Positions 23,228 to 31,765 of a DNA stretch of 64,000 nt are shown here, piece by piece. Origin of the DNA: Pseudomonadota bacterium (lineage in GTDB: Bacteria; Pseudomonadota; Alphaproteobacteria; Acetobacterales; Acetobacteraceae); contig JAJZES010000002.1 of NCBI GenBank assembly GCA_021845985.1, positions 5,179 to 69,178 of the forward strand. The letters are read 5' to 3'. The notes beneath the pieces are model-generated. The model saw only the letters and a program-made list of their open reading frames with translations. It had not been told where the DNA came from and made no database searches. Each line of letters starts with the position of its first letter. Position 1 is the first letter of the stretch. A program made the translations under genes and the position numbers.

Positions 23228-24360
23228 TGCGCCCTCACCTCCAGGCTGCCCGTATTGCCGGCGTCGCGCTTCTCGCCGGCGCGGCGTTGCCCGCCCATGC
23301 CGCCGTCATCACCGTCGGCGCCGGCCAGGACTATGCCACCCTGGGGCAGGCCGTCAGCGCCGCCAGCGCCAACGACACCATCGACATCACCGCCGGCACC
23401 TACACCAACCAGGTCGCCGACATCACCGTCCCGCTGACCCTGCAGGGCGTCGGCGGGCCGGTGATCTTCACCGCGACGCAGCAACTCTCCAACGACAAAG
23501 GCTTCCTGATCATCGACGCCAACACCACCGTCAGCGGCCTGACCTTCGAGCACGCGACCGCCGATTCGAGCAGCAACAACGGCGCCGGCATCCGCTATCA
23601 GCAGGGCAACCTGACCGTCATCAACAGCAGCTTTATTGCCAACCAGGACGGCATCCTGGCCACCCCGAACAACGCCGGCACCGGCAGCGTCACCATCAGC
23701 AACTCGCTGTTCCTGGACAACGGCATCGCCAGCGGCGCCGGCTCCGGCTACGCCCATGCGATCTATGCCAACGACGTTGCCAACCTGACCGTCACCAACA
23801 GCAATTTTCAGGGCACACTGGTCGGCCACGACATCAAAAGCCGCGCCGCCGACAGCATCATCACCGGCAACACGCTGGAAAACGGCGTCACCGGAACGTC
23901 GAGCTACGCCATCGACCTGCCCAATGGCGGCAACGCCACGATCACCGGCAACACCATCGACAAGGGGCCAAACACCGGCAACCCGACAATGATCGCCTAT
24001 GGCGAGGAAGGCCTGATCTACGCCGCCAATACCATGCAGATCGACGCCAACAGCTTCGTCAACACCGATCCTGGGACGACGTTCGGCATCAACAACAGCA
24101 TCACCGACCCGACCGCGACCAACCTCACCGCCGCCTGCAACGCCTTCGACAACGTCTCGAACCCGACCTCCGGCCCCGTCACCCTGATCGGCAACGTCAC
24201 CGGTCCCAGCCTGCCGTCCTGCGCCGCCGCCTATCTGCCGGCCGTGGCCGAGCCGCCGGCCGCCGCCGCGCTGCTGCCGGCGGTGCTGGCGCTGTTCAGT
24301 CTGCGGCGGCGGCGCGCACCGCTGCGGCGCCGTAGTCCCGCTCCAGCCGCCGGATGGTAA
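23227..24360 (+). CDS. secreted right-handed parallel beta-helix repeat protein with PEP-CTERM-like C-terminal anchor
   Basis: Signal peptide ...ALPAHA-AV. Repeated (I/V)xNSxF / GNT(I/L) turns rich in Asn/Thr/Gly; GHDIKSRA. C-terminus [24 protein letters not shown]. Confidence 0.7.
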   Translation: MRPHLQAARIAGVALLAGAALPAHAAVITVGAGQDYATLGQAVSAASANDTIDITAGTYTNQVADITVPLTLQGVGGPVIFTATQQLSNDKGFLIIDANTTVSGLTFEHATADSSSNNGAGIRYQQGNLTVINSSFIANQDGILATPNNAGTGSVTISNSLFLDNGIASGAGSGYAHAIYANDVANLTVTNSNFQGTLVGHDIKSRAADSIITGNTLENGVTGTSSYAIDLPNGGNATITGNTIDKGPNTGNPTMIAYGEEGLIYAANTMQIDANSFVNTDPGTTFGINNSITDPTATNLTAACNAFDNVSNPTSGPVTLIGNVTGPSLPSCAAAYLPAVAEPPAAAALLPAVLALFSLRRRRAPLRRRSPAPAAGW

Positions 24361-25057
24361 AATGGCCGCGCGCCAGCCCCCGGTAGTGGCGCAGGAACGC
24401 GGTATTGACCAGCGCCCCGCCGGCCGCGCCGGCCACCGGCGCCGCCTGTGCCGCCAGCTTGTCGGCCAGCCCGACGCTCCAGCTCCGCGTCGCCTGCGCC
24501 AGCACCGCCGCCACCGGCGCGCCGCGCAGCAGCAGCCGCGCCCCCCAGTAACCGCCCTCGGCGCCGGCGCTGTCCAGCGCGAACACCTCCAGGCAGGCGC
24601 GCCGCGTCGCCTCGTCGCGCAGATCCTCGCCCTGTTCCAGCGCCACCGCGGCAATCTGGCGCATGATCAGCAGCGTCGTCAGCGCCGCGTCGGGTACCGC
24701 GCCGAGCAGCCCGACCGCGCCGCTCGCCGCGCCTGACAGCGCCGTCGCCACATGTGCAAGATGCGGCGACACCAGAAGCCGGCGCGCCGCGCCGCTGTCG
24801 GGCAGGCCGAGCACGGCGATGCCGAACGCCCGCTCCAGCGCCGCCCGCGCCATCGCCTCCAGCGCCGCGCCGGCGCCGCTGCGCCCGAGCAGCCCGCGCA
24901 TCACCGGCACCGCGGCGAGCCGCGCCAGCGCCCGCGCGCCGCGCACCAGCATCCCGCCGCCGCGCAGCCGCGCCAGCGCCGCGCGCAATTCGGCCTGGGC
25001 CGAGGGCGGCAGCGTGGCGGCGCCGGGCAGCGGCACCAGGGCGCCTCCGGCGCTCAT
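24296..25057 (-). CDS. EcsC family protein
   Basis: C-terminal [26 protein letters not shown] is EcsC-like. The ATG overlaps the rdgB stop (ATGA). Confidence 0.75.
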   Translation of the reverse strand: MSAGGALVPLPGAATLPPSAQAELRAALARLRGGGMLVRGARALARLAAVPVMRGLLGRSGAGAALEAMARAALERAFGIAVLGLPDSGAARRLLVSPHLAHVATALSGAASGAVGLLGAVPDAALTTLLIMRQIAAVALEQGEDLRDEATRRACLEVFALDSAGAEGGYWGARLLLRGAPVAAVLAQATRSWSVGLADKLAAQAAPVAGAAGGALVNTAFLRHYRGLARGHFTIRRLERDYGAAAVRAAAAD

Positions 25058-25653
25058 CCGAGGCAGCCGGCGACGAACTGGGCGAAGGCGCGGGCGCGAT
25101 GGCTCTCCGCCTGTTTCCGCGCCGGGTCCATCTCGCCATAGGTGCGGTCGCCGCCGGCCGGCACGAACATCGGGTCGTAGCCAAAACCATGGCTGCCGCG
25201 CGGCGGCCATGCCAGCGTGCCCTCGACGCGGCCATAAAAACTGTCGGCATGGCCGTCCGGCCAGCCGAGCGACAGCACCGAGACGAACCATGCCCGGCGG
25301 TCGGCGGCATCGCCGACCTCGTACTGCACCCGCGTCATCGCCGCGGCGAAATCGCGCCCCGGCCCGGCCCAGCGCGCCGACACCACCCCCGGCGCGCCAC
25401 CCAGCGCGGCGACGCAGAAGCCGGAATCGTCGGCCAGCGCCGGCATCCCCGACCGCTTGGCCGCCGCCAGCGCCTTGAGCCGCGCATTGCCGACGAAACT
25501 GTCCTCGGTCTCGTCCGGTTCGGGCAGCGCCAGCGTCGCCGCCGACACCGCCGCGATCCGCCACGGCGCGATCAGCGCCGCCATCTCGCGCAGCTTGCCC
25601 GGATTATGCGAGGCGATGACCAGCCGCGTGCCGTTGGCCAGCCGGCGCGGCAT
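25054..25653 (-). CDS. rdgB: non-canonical purine NTP pyrophosphatase (RdgB/HAM1)
   Basis: [11 protein letters not shown], ETEDSFxGNARLKA, [15 protein letters not shown]. Confidence 0.9.
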   Translation of the reverse strand: MPRRLANGTRLVIASHNPGKLREMAALIAPWRIAAVSAATLALPEPDETEDSFVGNARLKALAAAKRSGMPALADDSGFCVAALGGAPGVVSARWAGPGRDFAAAMTRVQYEVGDAADRRAWFVSVLSLGWPDGHADSFYGRVEGTLAWPPRGSHGFGYDPMFVPAGGDRTYGEMDPARKQAESHRARAFAQFVAGCLG

Positions 25654-26381
25654 CAGCCGGCCGTGGCCGCTTGCACGGCGGAGCGCTGGGCGGCGAACAG
25701 CCGCGCCGTGCCGTCACGCGCCAGCGCCATCAGCGCGCCGAGCTGCGCCTCGTTGAACGGCGCCCGCTCGGCCGTCGCCTGCACCTCGACGATGCCGCCG
25801 GCATCGGTCAGCACGAAATTGGCATCGGCCTCGGCGGCGCTGTCCTCGGCATAGTCGAGATCGAGCACCGCATCGCCGGCAGCGATGCCGCAGGACACCG
25901 CCGCCACCTGTCCGATCAGCGGGCTCGACTTCAGCACGTTCATCCGCTGCAGATGCGCCACCGCCAGCGCCAGCGCCACCCAGGCGCCGGTGATCGCCGC
26001 ACAGCGGGTGCCGCCATCGGCGTTCAGCACGTCGCAATCCAGCGTGATCGTCATCTCGCCGAGCACCGCGCGATCGACCACGGCGCGCAGGCTGCGGCCG
26101 ATCAGCCGCTGGATTTCCTGCGTCCGGCCGGATTGCTTGCCACGCGCCGCCTCACGCTCGCCGCGGGTGTGCGTGGCGCGCGGCAGCATGCCGTATTCCG
26201 CGGTCACCCAGCCCTGGCCGGAATTGCGCAGGAAACCCGGCACCCGCCCCTCGACGCTGGCCGCGCACAGCACCTCGGTCCCGCCCATGCGGATCAGGCA
26301 CGAGCCTTCGGCATGGCGGGCGAAGCCGGGCGTGAAGGAAAACTCGCGCAGCGCGTCGGCGGCGCGTCCAAAAGGGCGCAT
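25653..26381 (-). CDS. rph: ribonuclease PH
   Basis: [45 protein letters not shown]. Confidence 0.95.
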   Translation of the reverse strand: MRPFGRAADALREFSFTPGFARHAEGSCLIRMGGTEVLCAASVEGRVPGFLRNSGQGWVTAEYGMLPRATHTRGEREAARGKQSGRTQEIQRLIGRSLRAVVDRAVLGEMTITLDCDVLNADGGTRCAAITGAWVALALAVAHLQRMNVLKSSPLIGQVAAVSCGIAAGDAVLDLDYAEDSAAEADANFVLTDAGGIVEVQATAERAPFNEAQLGALMALARDGTARLFAAQRSAVQAATAG

Positions 26382-26455
26382 GGGGCGGGTGTCCAGTGTC
26401 GGATGGCGGCTTGGCTATGGCGTCGCGTCGCATCTTCCGCAAGACTGCGCTGCTG

Positions 26456-27535
26456 ATGATGGACCATCCGCCGCCCCGCTACCCCCGCGCCGGCGCCGCG
26501 CCGCCGCTGCTCGATGCCCGCTCCGCCGCGGTGCTGCGCGAGATCGTCGAACAATATGTCGAGACCGGGGAGCCGGTCGGCAGCCGCACGCTGTCGCGCC
26601 GACTGCCGCTCAATCTGTCGCCGGCGACGATCCGCAACGTCATGGCCGATCTGACCGATGCCGGGCTGCTGTTCGCGCCGCACACCTCGGCCGGGCGGCT
26701 GCCGACCGAGCGCGGGTTGCGGCTGTTCGTCGATGGGCTGCTGCAGTTCGGCGAGGTCGCCGAGGAGGACCGCGAGGCGATCAGCAGCGCGCTCGCCGCC
26801 GCCGGACGCAGCCTGGAGGACACGCTGGCCGATGCCTCCAGCCTGCTGTCTGGCCTGTCCGCCGCCGCCGGCCTCGTGCTGGCGCCGAAAAGCGAAGGCG
26901 CGCTGCGGCATATCGAGTTCGTGCCGCTCGGCTCCGGCCGGGCGCTGGTGATCCTGGTCAATGCCGACGGGCAGGTCGAGAACCGGGTGTTGGAAATCCC
27001 CCCCGGCGTGCCGCCCTCGGCGCTGCAGCAGGCAGGCAATTATCTCAATGCTCGGCTGGTCGCCGGCCGGCCGATGGCCGAGCTGCGGCGCAGCGTCACC
27101 GAGGAGATGGCCGCCGACCGCTCGACGCTGGACGTGCTGTCGGCGCAGGTGGTGGAGGCCGGGCTGGCCACCTGGACCGGCGAGGGCCGCGGCGGCAGCC
27201 TGATCGTGCGCGGTCAGGCACGCCTGCTCGCCGACGTGACGCAGATCGAGAACCTCGCCGCCATCCAGCGCCTGTTCGAGCGGCTGGAGACGCAGGAGAC
27301 GATGCTGCGGCTGCTGGAACTGGCCGACCGGTCGGACGGGGTGCGCATCTTCATCGGCGCCGAAAGCGGGCTGTTCGGCACCTCGGGGGTCTCGGCGGTG
27401 GTCGCCCCGGCGCGCAACGCGGCGGGGCGGATCGTCGGCGCCATCGGCGTGATCGGGCCGACGCGGATCAATTACGGCCGGATCATCCCGGTGGTCGATT
27501 ACACCGCGCGGGTGATCGGGCGGCTGCTGGGGTGA
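26456..27535 (+). CDS. hrcA: heat-inducible transcription repressor HrcA
   Basis: LDARSAAVLREIVEQYVETGEPVGSRTLS winged-helix N-terminus. Alternative upstream start at 26396. Confidence 0.9.
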   Translation: MMDHPPPRYPRAGAAPPLLDARSAAVLREIVEQYVETGEPVGSRTLSRRLPLNLSPATIRNVMADLTDAGLLFAPHTSAGRLPTERGLRLFVDGLLQFGEVAEEDREAISSALAAAGRSLEDTLADASSLLSGLSAAAGLVLAPKSEGALRHIEFVPLGSGRALVILVNADGQVENRVLEIPPGVPPSALQQAGNYLNARLVAGRPMAELRRSVTEEMAADRSTLDVLSAQVVEAGLATWTGEGRGGSLIVRGQARLLADVTQIENLAAIQRLFERLETQETMLRLLELADRSDGVRIFIGAESGLFGTSGVSAVVAPARNAAGRIVGAIGVIGPTRINYGRIIPVVDYTARVIGRLLG

Positions 27536-27574
27536 CGATTGGTCTTTTGCTCTCCCCAGCCGGCAACACCATCC

Positions 27575-28816
27575 TCATGCCGGGCTGATACGCCCCGACG
27601 CCGGCGCAACGGCGCGCCAATACATCACCAGATAAACCGCCTGCAGCCCGGCTGCCGCCACGAACGGCGCGGCGAACGCGCCGCTGCCGATCCAGTGCCC
27701 GGCCAGCAAGGGGCCAACGGCGCGCGGCAGCGCCAGCGAGGCGACGCTCAGTCCGCTCGCCAACCCCCATCGCCCGTGCCCGGCCAGCCCGACATTGACC
27801 GCCTCCATCGCCCCGGAGGAGCCTCGTTCCAGCGCGACCTTCGCCACCCACAGCGCGCTTGCCCACCAGAATCCGCCGGCCAACGGCAGCAGCAACAATA
27901 ATAGCAGAGCTACGCATTGCAGCCGCACAAACAGGGCCGCCCCGCCGCCCCCCGCCGCCATCCGTCCGATTGCGGCAGCGCACAGCGCCGCGGCCAGGAA
28001 GCTCGCCATCACCACGGGGCCGATCTGCAACGGCCCGACGCCGAACTTGACGGCAAACCAATATGCCATCAGCGGGCCGGACAGGCCGACCGACAAGCCA
28101 TTACACAGATTGCTCGCCGTCACCTTGAGCAGCCGCGCGCGAACCGCGGACGACAGCGCAGGGCGCGCCCGCGCCGCGGCGGCTGCGCCGCTGGATACCT
28201 CGGGCACCGCCAGCAGCAGCCGCACATTGACCAGCGCCAGCACCGCACCGAGCGCGAACAGCGGCTGGAATGCCGCTGCCCCCGCCAGCCACGCACCCCA
28301 AATCCCCGGTCCTGCCGCAATCGCCGCACCGACCGCCATGCCGGCAAATCCGAACGCGGTGTTGGCGCTGAACACCGCACTGCGCCGACGCTCCGGCACT
28401 AAACCGGCGAGCCAGGCCAGTTCCGCCGGCACGAAGCAGCCGGGCGCGCCATTCGCTCCGCGGCCGAAGCCGGCCACCATCGCACAGGTGGCGATCACCC
28501 AACTCGTTGTATTGAACAGCGTCGCCACAAAAGCCGCCGCCACCGCCAGTTCATACCCGACCAGCAGCCGCCGATAGCCGCGTGCATCGGAGAGCGGCCC
28601 GACCGCCAGACTGAGCGCCGCGCCGAGCACGAAGCTCGCGGCAAACAGCGCGCCGATCTGCGGCCCCGACCAGTCGAGCCGTTGCAGATAGAGCGCGAAG
28701 CCGACCACCAGCGCCCCCTGCCACACGCTGCGCACGAACCGCGCGGCGAGTAGGCCGCCCACCGCGCGGCCGTTGCCGTCGAGAGTAACGACGGCCAGCC
28801 GCCAGCGCGTCAGCAA
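27575..28816 (-). CDS. MFS transporter
   Basis: 413 aa with about 12 TM segments. Its start overlaps the GT9 gene's 3' end by 7 nt. Confidence 0.75.
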   Translation of the reverse strand: MLTRWRLAVVTLDGNGRAVGGLLAARFVRSVWQGALVVGFALYLQRLDWSGPQIGALFAASFVLGAALSLAVGPLSDARGYRRLLVGYELAVAAAFVATLFNTTSWVIATCAMVAGFGRGANGAPGCFVPAELAWLAGLVPERRRSAVFSANTAFGFAGMAVGAAIAAGPGIWGAWLAGAAAFQPLFALGAVLALVNVRLLLAVPEVSSGAAAAARARPALSSAVRARLLKVTASNLCNGLSVGLSGPLMAYWFAVKFGVGPLQIGPVVMASFLAAALCAAAIGRMAAGGGGAALFVRLQCVALLLLLLLPLAGGFWWASALWVAKVALERGSSGAMEAVNVGLAGHGRWGLASGLSVASLALPRAVGPLLAGHWIGSGAFAAPFVAAAGLQAVYLVMYWRAVAPASGRISPA

Positions 28817-30153
28817 GTGACGGTGAACCGCGGCGCCGCTTCATCGTCTTCTGGCGGATGCCAGACGCCCAGGGCTACGCCTTCGGCGCTGGTGGTCTGC
28901 GGTGCTGCGGCAAACCGCCAACTGGCGCCCGCCCCACGCCGGACGAAGCGCATCCCCCCCAACAACGAGAGACAGGCATCGCTTACCTCCGCTGGCGCGA
29001 TCGCCTGCATGCATTGGTTGTCGCCGCCGCAGGGTGGCGTGCGGACGAAATGCACGCACGGGCTGCAGACCATCGGGCGATAGAAGATGACGGTCTTGGC
29101 CGGACCGCCCAGACGCCCGTAATGGTCGGGATGCACCGGGCCGAACAGGCCGACGGTCGGCGTGCCCAGCGCCGCACCAAAATGAAACGGCCCGCTGTCG
29201 TTGGTCAGCAGGCAATCGGCCCGGCGCAGCATCGCCAGCAAACCGCCGAGCGAGGTGCGGCCGGCGAGGTTGACGACCCGATCGCCGAATTCGTCCAGAT
29301 TGCCCCGCAGACGTTCGACGTAGTCGAACTCCGCCTCCGTCCCGATCAGGACGACGCGTACGTCGCTGCGGTTGGCGAGGATGCGCGCCACCGAGGCGCG
29401 GAAATGATCGAGCGGCCAGCGCCGCACGGTCGCTTTGCCAGAGGTGTTGGGATTGACCACCAGCAACAGATGTTGCCCGTCCTGAACCAGCCCATTCAGC
29501 GCCACATCGGCTTCCTGCTGATCGGCTTCGGTGATGTGCAGCTGCGGCGCACTCTCGCTTGGTGCGTCCGCGAGCGGGCCGCAGCCGATGGCGCGCGCCA
29601 TCTGCAAATAAAGTTCATGGACCGGGGCGAACATATTGCCCACGATCAGCGTGTCGAAGACACGCGGTCGCAGCCAGTCGCCCGAGCGCAGAAAGCCGAC
29701 CCGCAGCGCTGCCCCCGACAGCGCCGACATCCAAGCCGCCGACCGGCGATGGGTATGCAACTGAAGATCGAAGAACACGGATTTGCCGGCCCGGCGCATC
29801 AGCAGCGCCAGCCGTGCCCACTGCAGCGCGCGCCGCGGGGTCATGACATGATCGAGGCTGACGATCTCATCGGCAATCCGGCATTTCGCCACCAGATCCC
29901 GGTTGGTGCTGTCGGTGACGAAGATAATCCGGGCGTTCGGAGCACTCGATCTGAGAAGCGCGAGAAATGGCATGCTGACCAGCACACTGCCCATTCCACC
30001 GCGCTTGAAAACAATAAAACATTCAGTTTTTTGTAGTCTATAAGTATTAACTTTTCTGTAACCATGAATTAAACGAAAGACATCTGCCACGAATGAACCC
30101 ACGGCCACCCCCAACGCGCTGTAACCAGCCTGATTTATTAAAAACTTTGGCAC
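28810..30153 (-). CDS. glycosyltransferase family 9 (heptosyltransferase-like)
   Basis: FKRGGMGSVLVSMPFLALL (GT9 N-terminal motif), RRWPLDHF, LLTNDSGPFHFGAALGTPTVGLFGP. The first ~55 codons are strikingly AT-rich. Confidence 0.8.
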   Translation of the reverse strand: MPKFLINQAGYSALGVAVGSFVADVFRLIHGYRKVNTYRLQKTECFIVFKRGGMGSVLVSMPFLALLRSSAPNARIIFVTDSTNRDLVAKCRIADEIVSLDHVMTPRRALQWARLALLMRRAGKSVFFDLQLHTHRRSAAWMSALSGAALRVGFLRSGDWLRPRVFDTLIVGNMFAPVHELYLQMARAIGCGPLADAPSESAPQLHITEADQQEADVALNGLVQDGQHLLLVVNPNTSGKATVRRWPLDHFRASVARILANRSDVRVVLIGTEAEFDYVERLRGNLDEFGDRVVNLAGRTSLGGLLAMLRRADCLLTNDSGPFHFGAALGTPTVGLFGPVHPDHYGRLGGPAKTVIFYRPMVCSPCVHFVRTPPCGGDNQCMQAIAPAEVSDACLSLLGGMRFVRRGAGASWRFAAAPQTTSAEGVALGVWHPPEDDEAAPRFTVTC

Positions 30154-30553
30154 ACCACAGGTCGATTAAAGAAATTGTCCGACTGCTGGCAGCAACCGCC
30201 GATCGGGTGATCGGCGGGGCGCAGGGGGAACGCGAGCAAGCCGCTGGATTTACGATGCAAGCGTCTTCCGTCAAATTACCTTGACGGACAGCTTAACCGA
30301 CCACTGGCGGGCTGCCGCGGCGCGTCAACGTTTTCCGAGGTTATGGACGCCGCAGTTGACGGCCGCCCGCAATGGGTGCGGCGCGCGATGGCTTGGAAGT
30401 CATTGTGGTATCTGAGGAATATTTTGCGCGCACGCGCCCTGATCTTAAATCCGTGCCGTTGGGACTCAAGTTTGGCGCGCGACGCGCCGTTTCATGCCGT
30501 GGTCACTCTGCAAGCCGGCGACCTGACGCCGTGAGCCTGCTGCCAAACGCCAG

Positions 30554-31195
30554 CTACGCCTTCCGCAACTGAAACAAGCCCTGTTCGCCGAACAGATTGG
30601 CCAGCCCGGAAAACCGCCGCCACGGCGCCCGCTGCCCGGCCTCGTCCACCGCCAGCCAGCGTTCGACCTCGTAGCCCTCCTCGGCGCACAGCGCGAAGAA
30701 ATCGTGCATCGTGCAGGGATGGATGTTCGGCGTCTCGTACCACGGCCGGTCCCATACCGAGGCCATCGGCATCCGCCCCAGCCAGACCAATTGCCAGCGC
30801 GGCTTCCAATGGCCGAAATTGGGAAAGCTGACGACCGCGTACTCGCCGATGCGCAGCATTTGCCGCAACACCTCGCGCGGACGCTCCACCGCCTGCAACG
30901 TGCGCGACAGCGCCACGTAATCGAACGCGCCATCGGGGAATTGCGCCAAATCGCTGTCGGCATCGACATGCATCACCGGCAGCCCGTGCGACACCGCGCG
31001 CGCCACCTCCGCCATGTCGATCTCGATGCCGCGCGCATCGCACCCCTTGGTGCGGAACAGATGCTCGAGCAGCGCCCCGTCGCCGCAGCCGATATCCAGC
31101 ACGCGCGAACCCGGCGCGATCATCTCGGCAATCAGCCGCAGATCGAGCCGCATGTACTTCGCCACATAGCGCACCGGCTCCACCGGCATGTTCAT
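30554..31195 (-). CDS. metW: methionine biosynthesis protein MetW
   Basis: [19 protein letters not shown]-MTase fold, [10 protein letters not shown], PWYxTPNIHxCTxxDF. Confidence 0.85.
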   Translation of the reverse strand: MNMPVEPVRYVAKYMRLDLRLIAEMIAPGSRVLDIGCGDGALLEHLFRTKGCDARGIEIDMAEVARAVSHGLPVMHVDADSDLAQFPDGAFDYVALSRTLQAVERPREVLRQMLRIGEYAVVSFPNFGHWKPRWQLVWLGRMPMASVWDRPWYETPNIHPCTMHDFFALCAEEGYEVERWLAVDEAGQRAPWRRFSGLANLFGEQGLFQLRKA

Positions 31196-31765
31196 GCCGC
31201 CAACCCCGCATGCTCGGCACACCCGGCCAGAAACCCGGCCAGCGTGCGGTGAAAATCCGGCTCATCGAGGAGAAATGCGTCGTGCCCCGTGTCGGAGCCG
31301 ATCTCGACGAAGCTGATATTCGCCGCCGTGCGATTGAGCGCGCGCGATGGCGCGGCTTTCCGCCGTCGGATACAGCCAGTCGCTGCTGAAGCTGATGGCG
31401 CAGAACCGCGTGCGCGTGCCGCGGAACGCCGCCGACAGTTCGCCGCCGAAATCCGCCGGGAGGTCGCGGTAATCGGTCGCCCGCGTGATCGTCAGATAGC
31501 TCGCCGCATCGAACCGGCGGACAAAACTGCTGCCCTGATGGCGCAGGTAGCTTTCCACCTCGAACACATCCTCGACCACGCCCATCGCCTCCGGCCCGCG
31601 CAGCCGGCGGACGAATTTGCGCGTCAGCGCCGCCTCCGACAGATAGGTGATGTGCACGACCATGCGCGCGACGGCCAGGCCCCGCGCCGGCACCAGCCCG
31701 TGCTGCCAATACCGTCGGCCCTGCCTGTCGGGATCGGCTAAGCCGCGCCCGCCGCCGCCGCCCGG
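31192..31765 (-). pseudogene. metX: homoserine O-acetyltransferase remnant: 5'-truncated and frameshifted
   Basis: MetX-like sequence ([49 protein letters not shown]) starts right after the pheT stop. The conserved tail ..[14 protein letters not shown] continues in another frame after the (GC)4 run at 31338-31346. It ends in a TGA that overlaps the metW ATG. Confidence 0.75.

Noticed and set aside
30343-30572. Two ~65-aa plus-strand ORFs in the 400-bp gap between the GT9 gene and metW
   Set aside because: They have no convincing ribosome-binding site, atypical codon composition and no recognisable motifs. The region is more likely promoter or leftover non-coding DNA. I also found no tRNA-like or riboswitch-like pattern there.
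30492-31709. 405-aa minus-strand ORF spanning the metW-metX region
   Set aside because: It is in a different frame from both the clear MetW sequence and the MetX-like fragments. It has low-complexity Arg/Gly/Ala content and is not coding.
31693-31765. SAM-II type riboswitch or promoter expected upstream of metX
   Set aside because: The sequence upstream of the first in-frame start still reads as MetX coding sequence and runs directly into the pheT stop codon. The native 5' region, including any leader, is absent rather than hidden.
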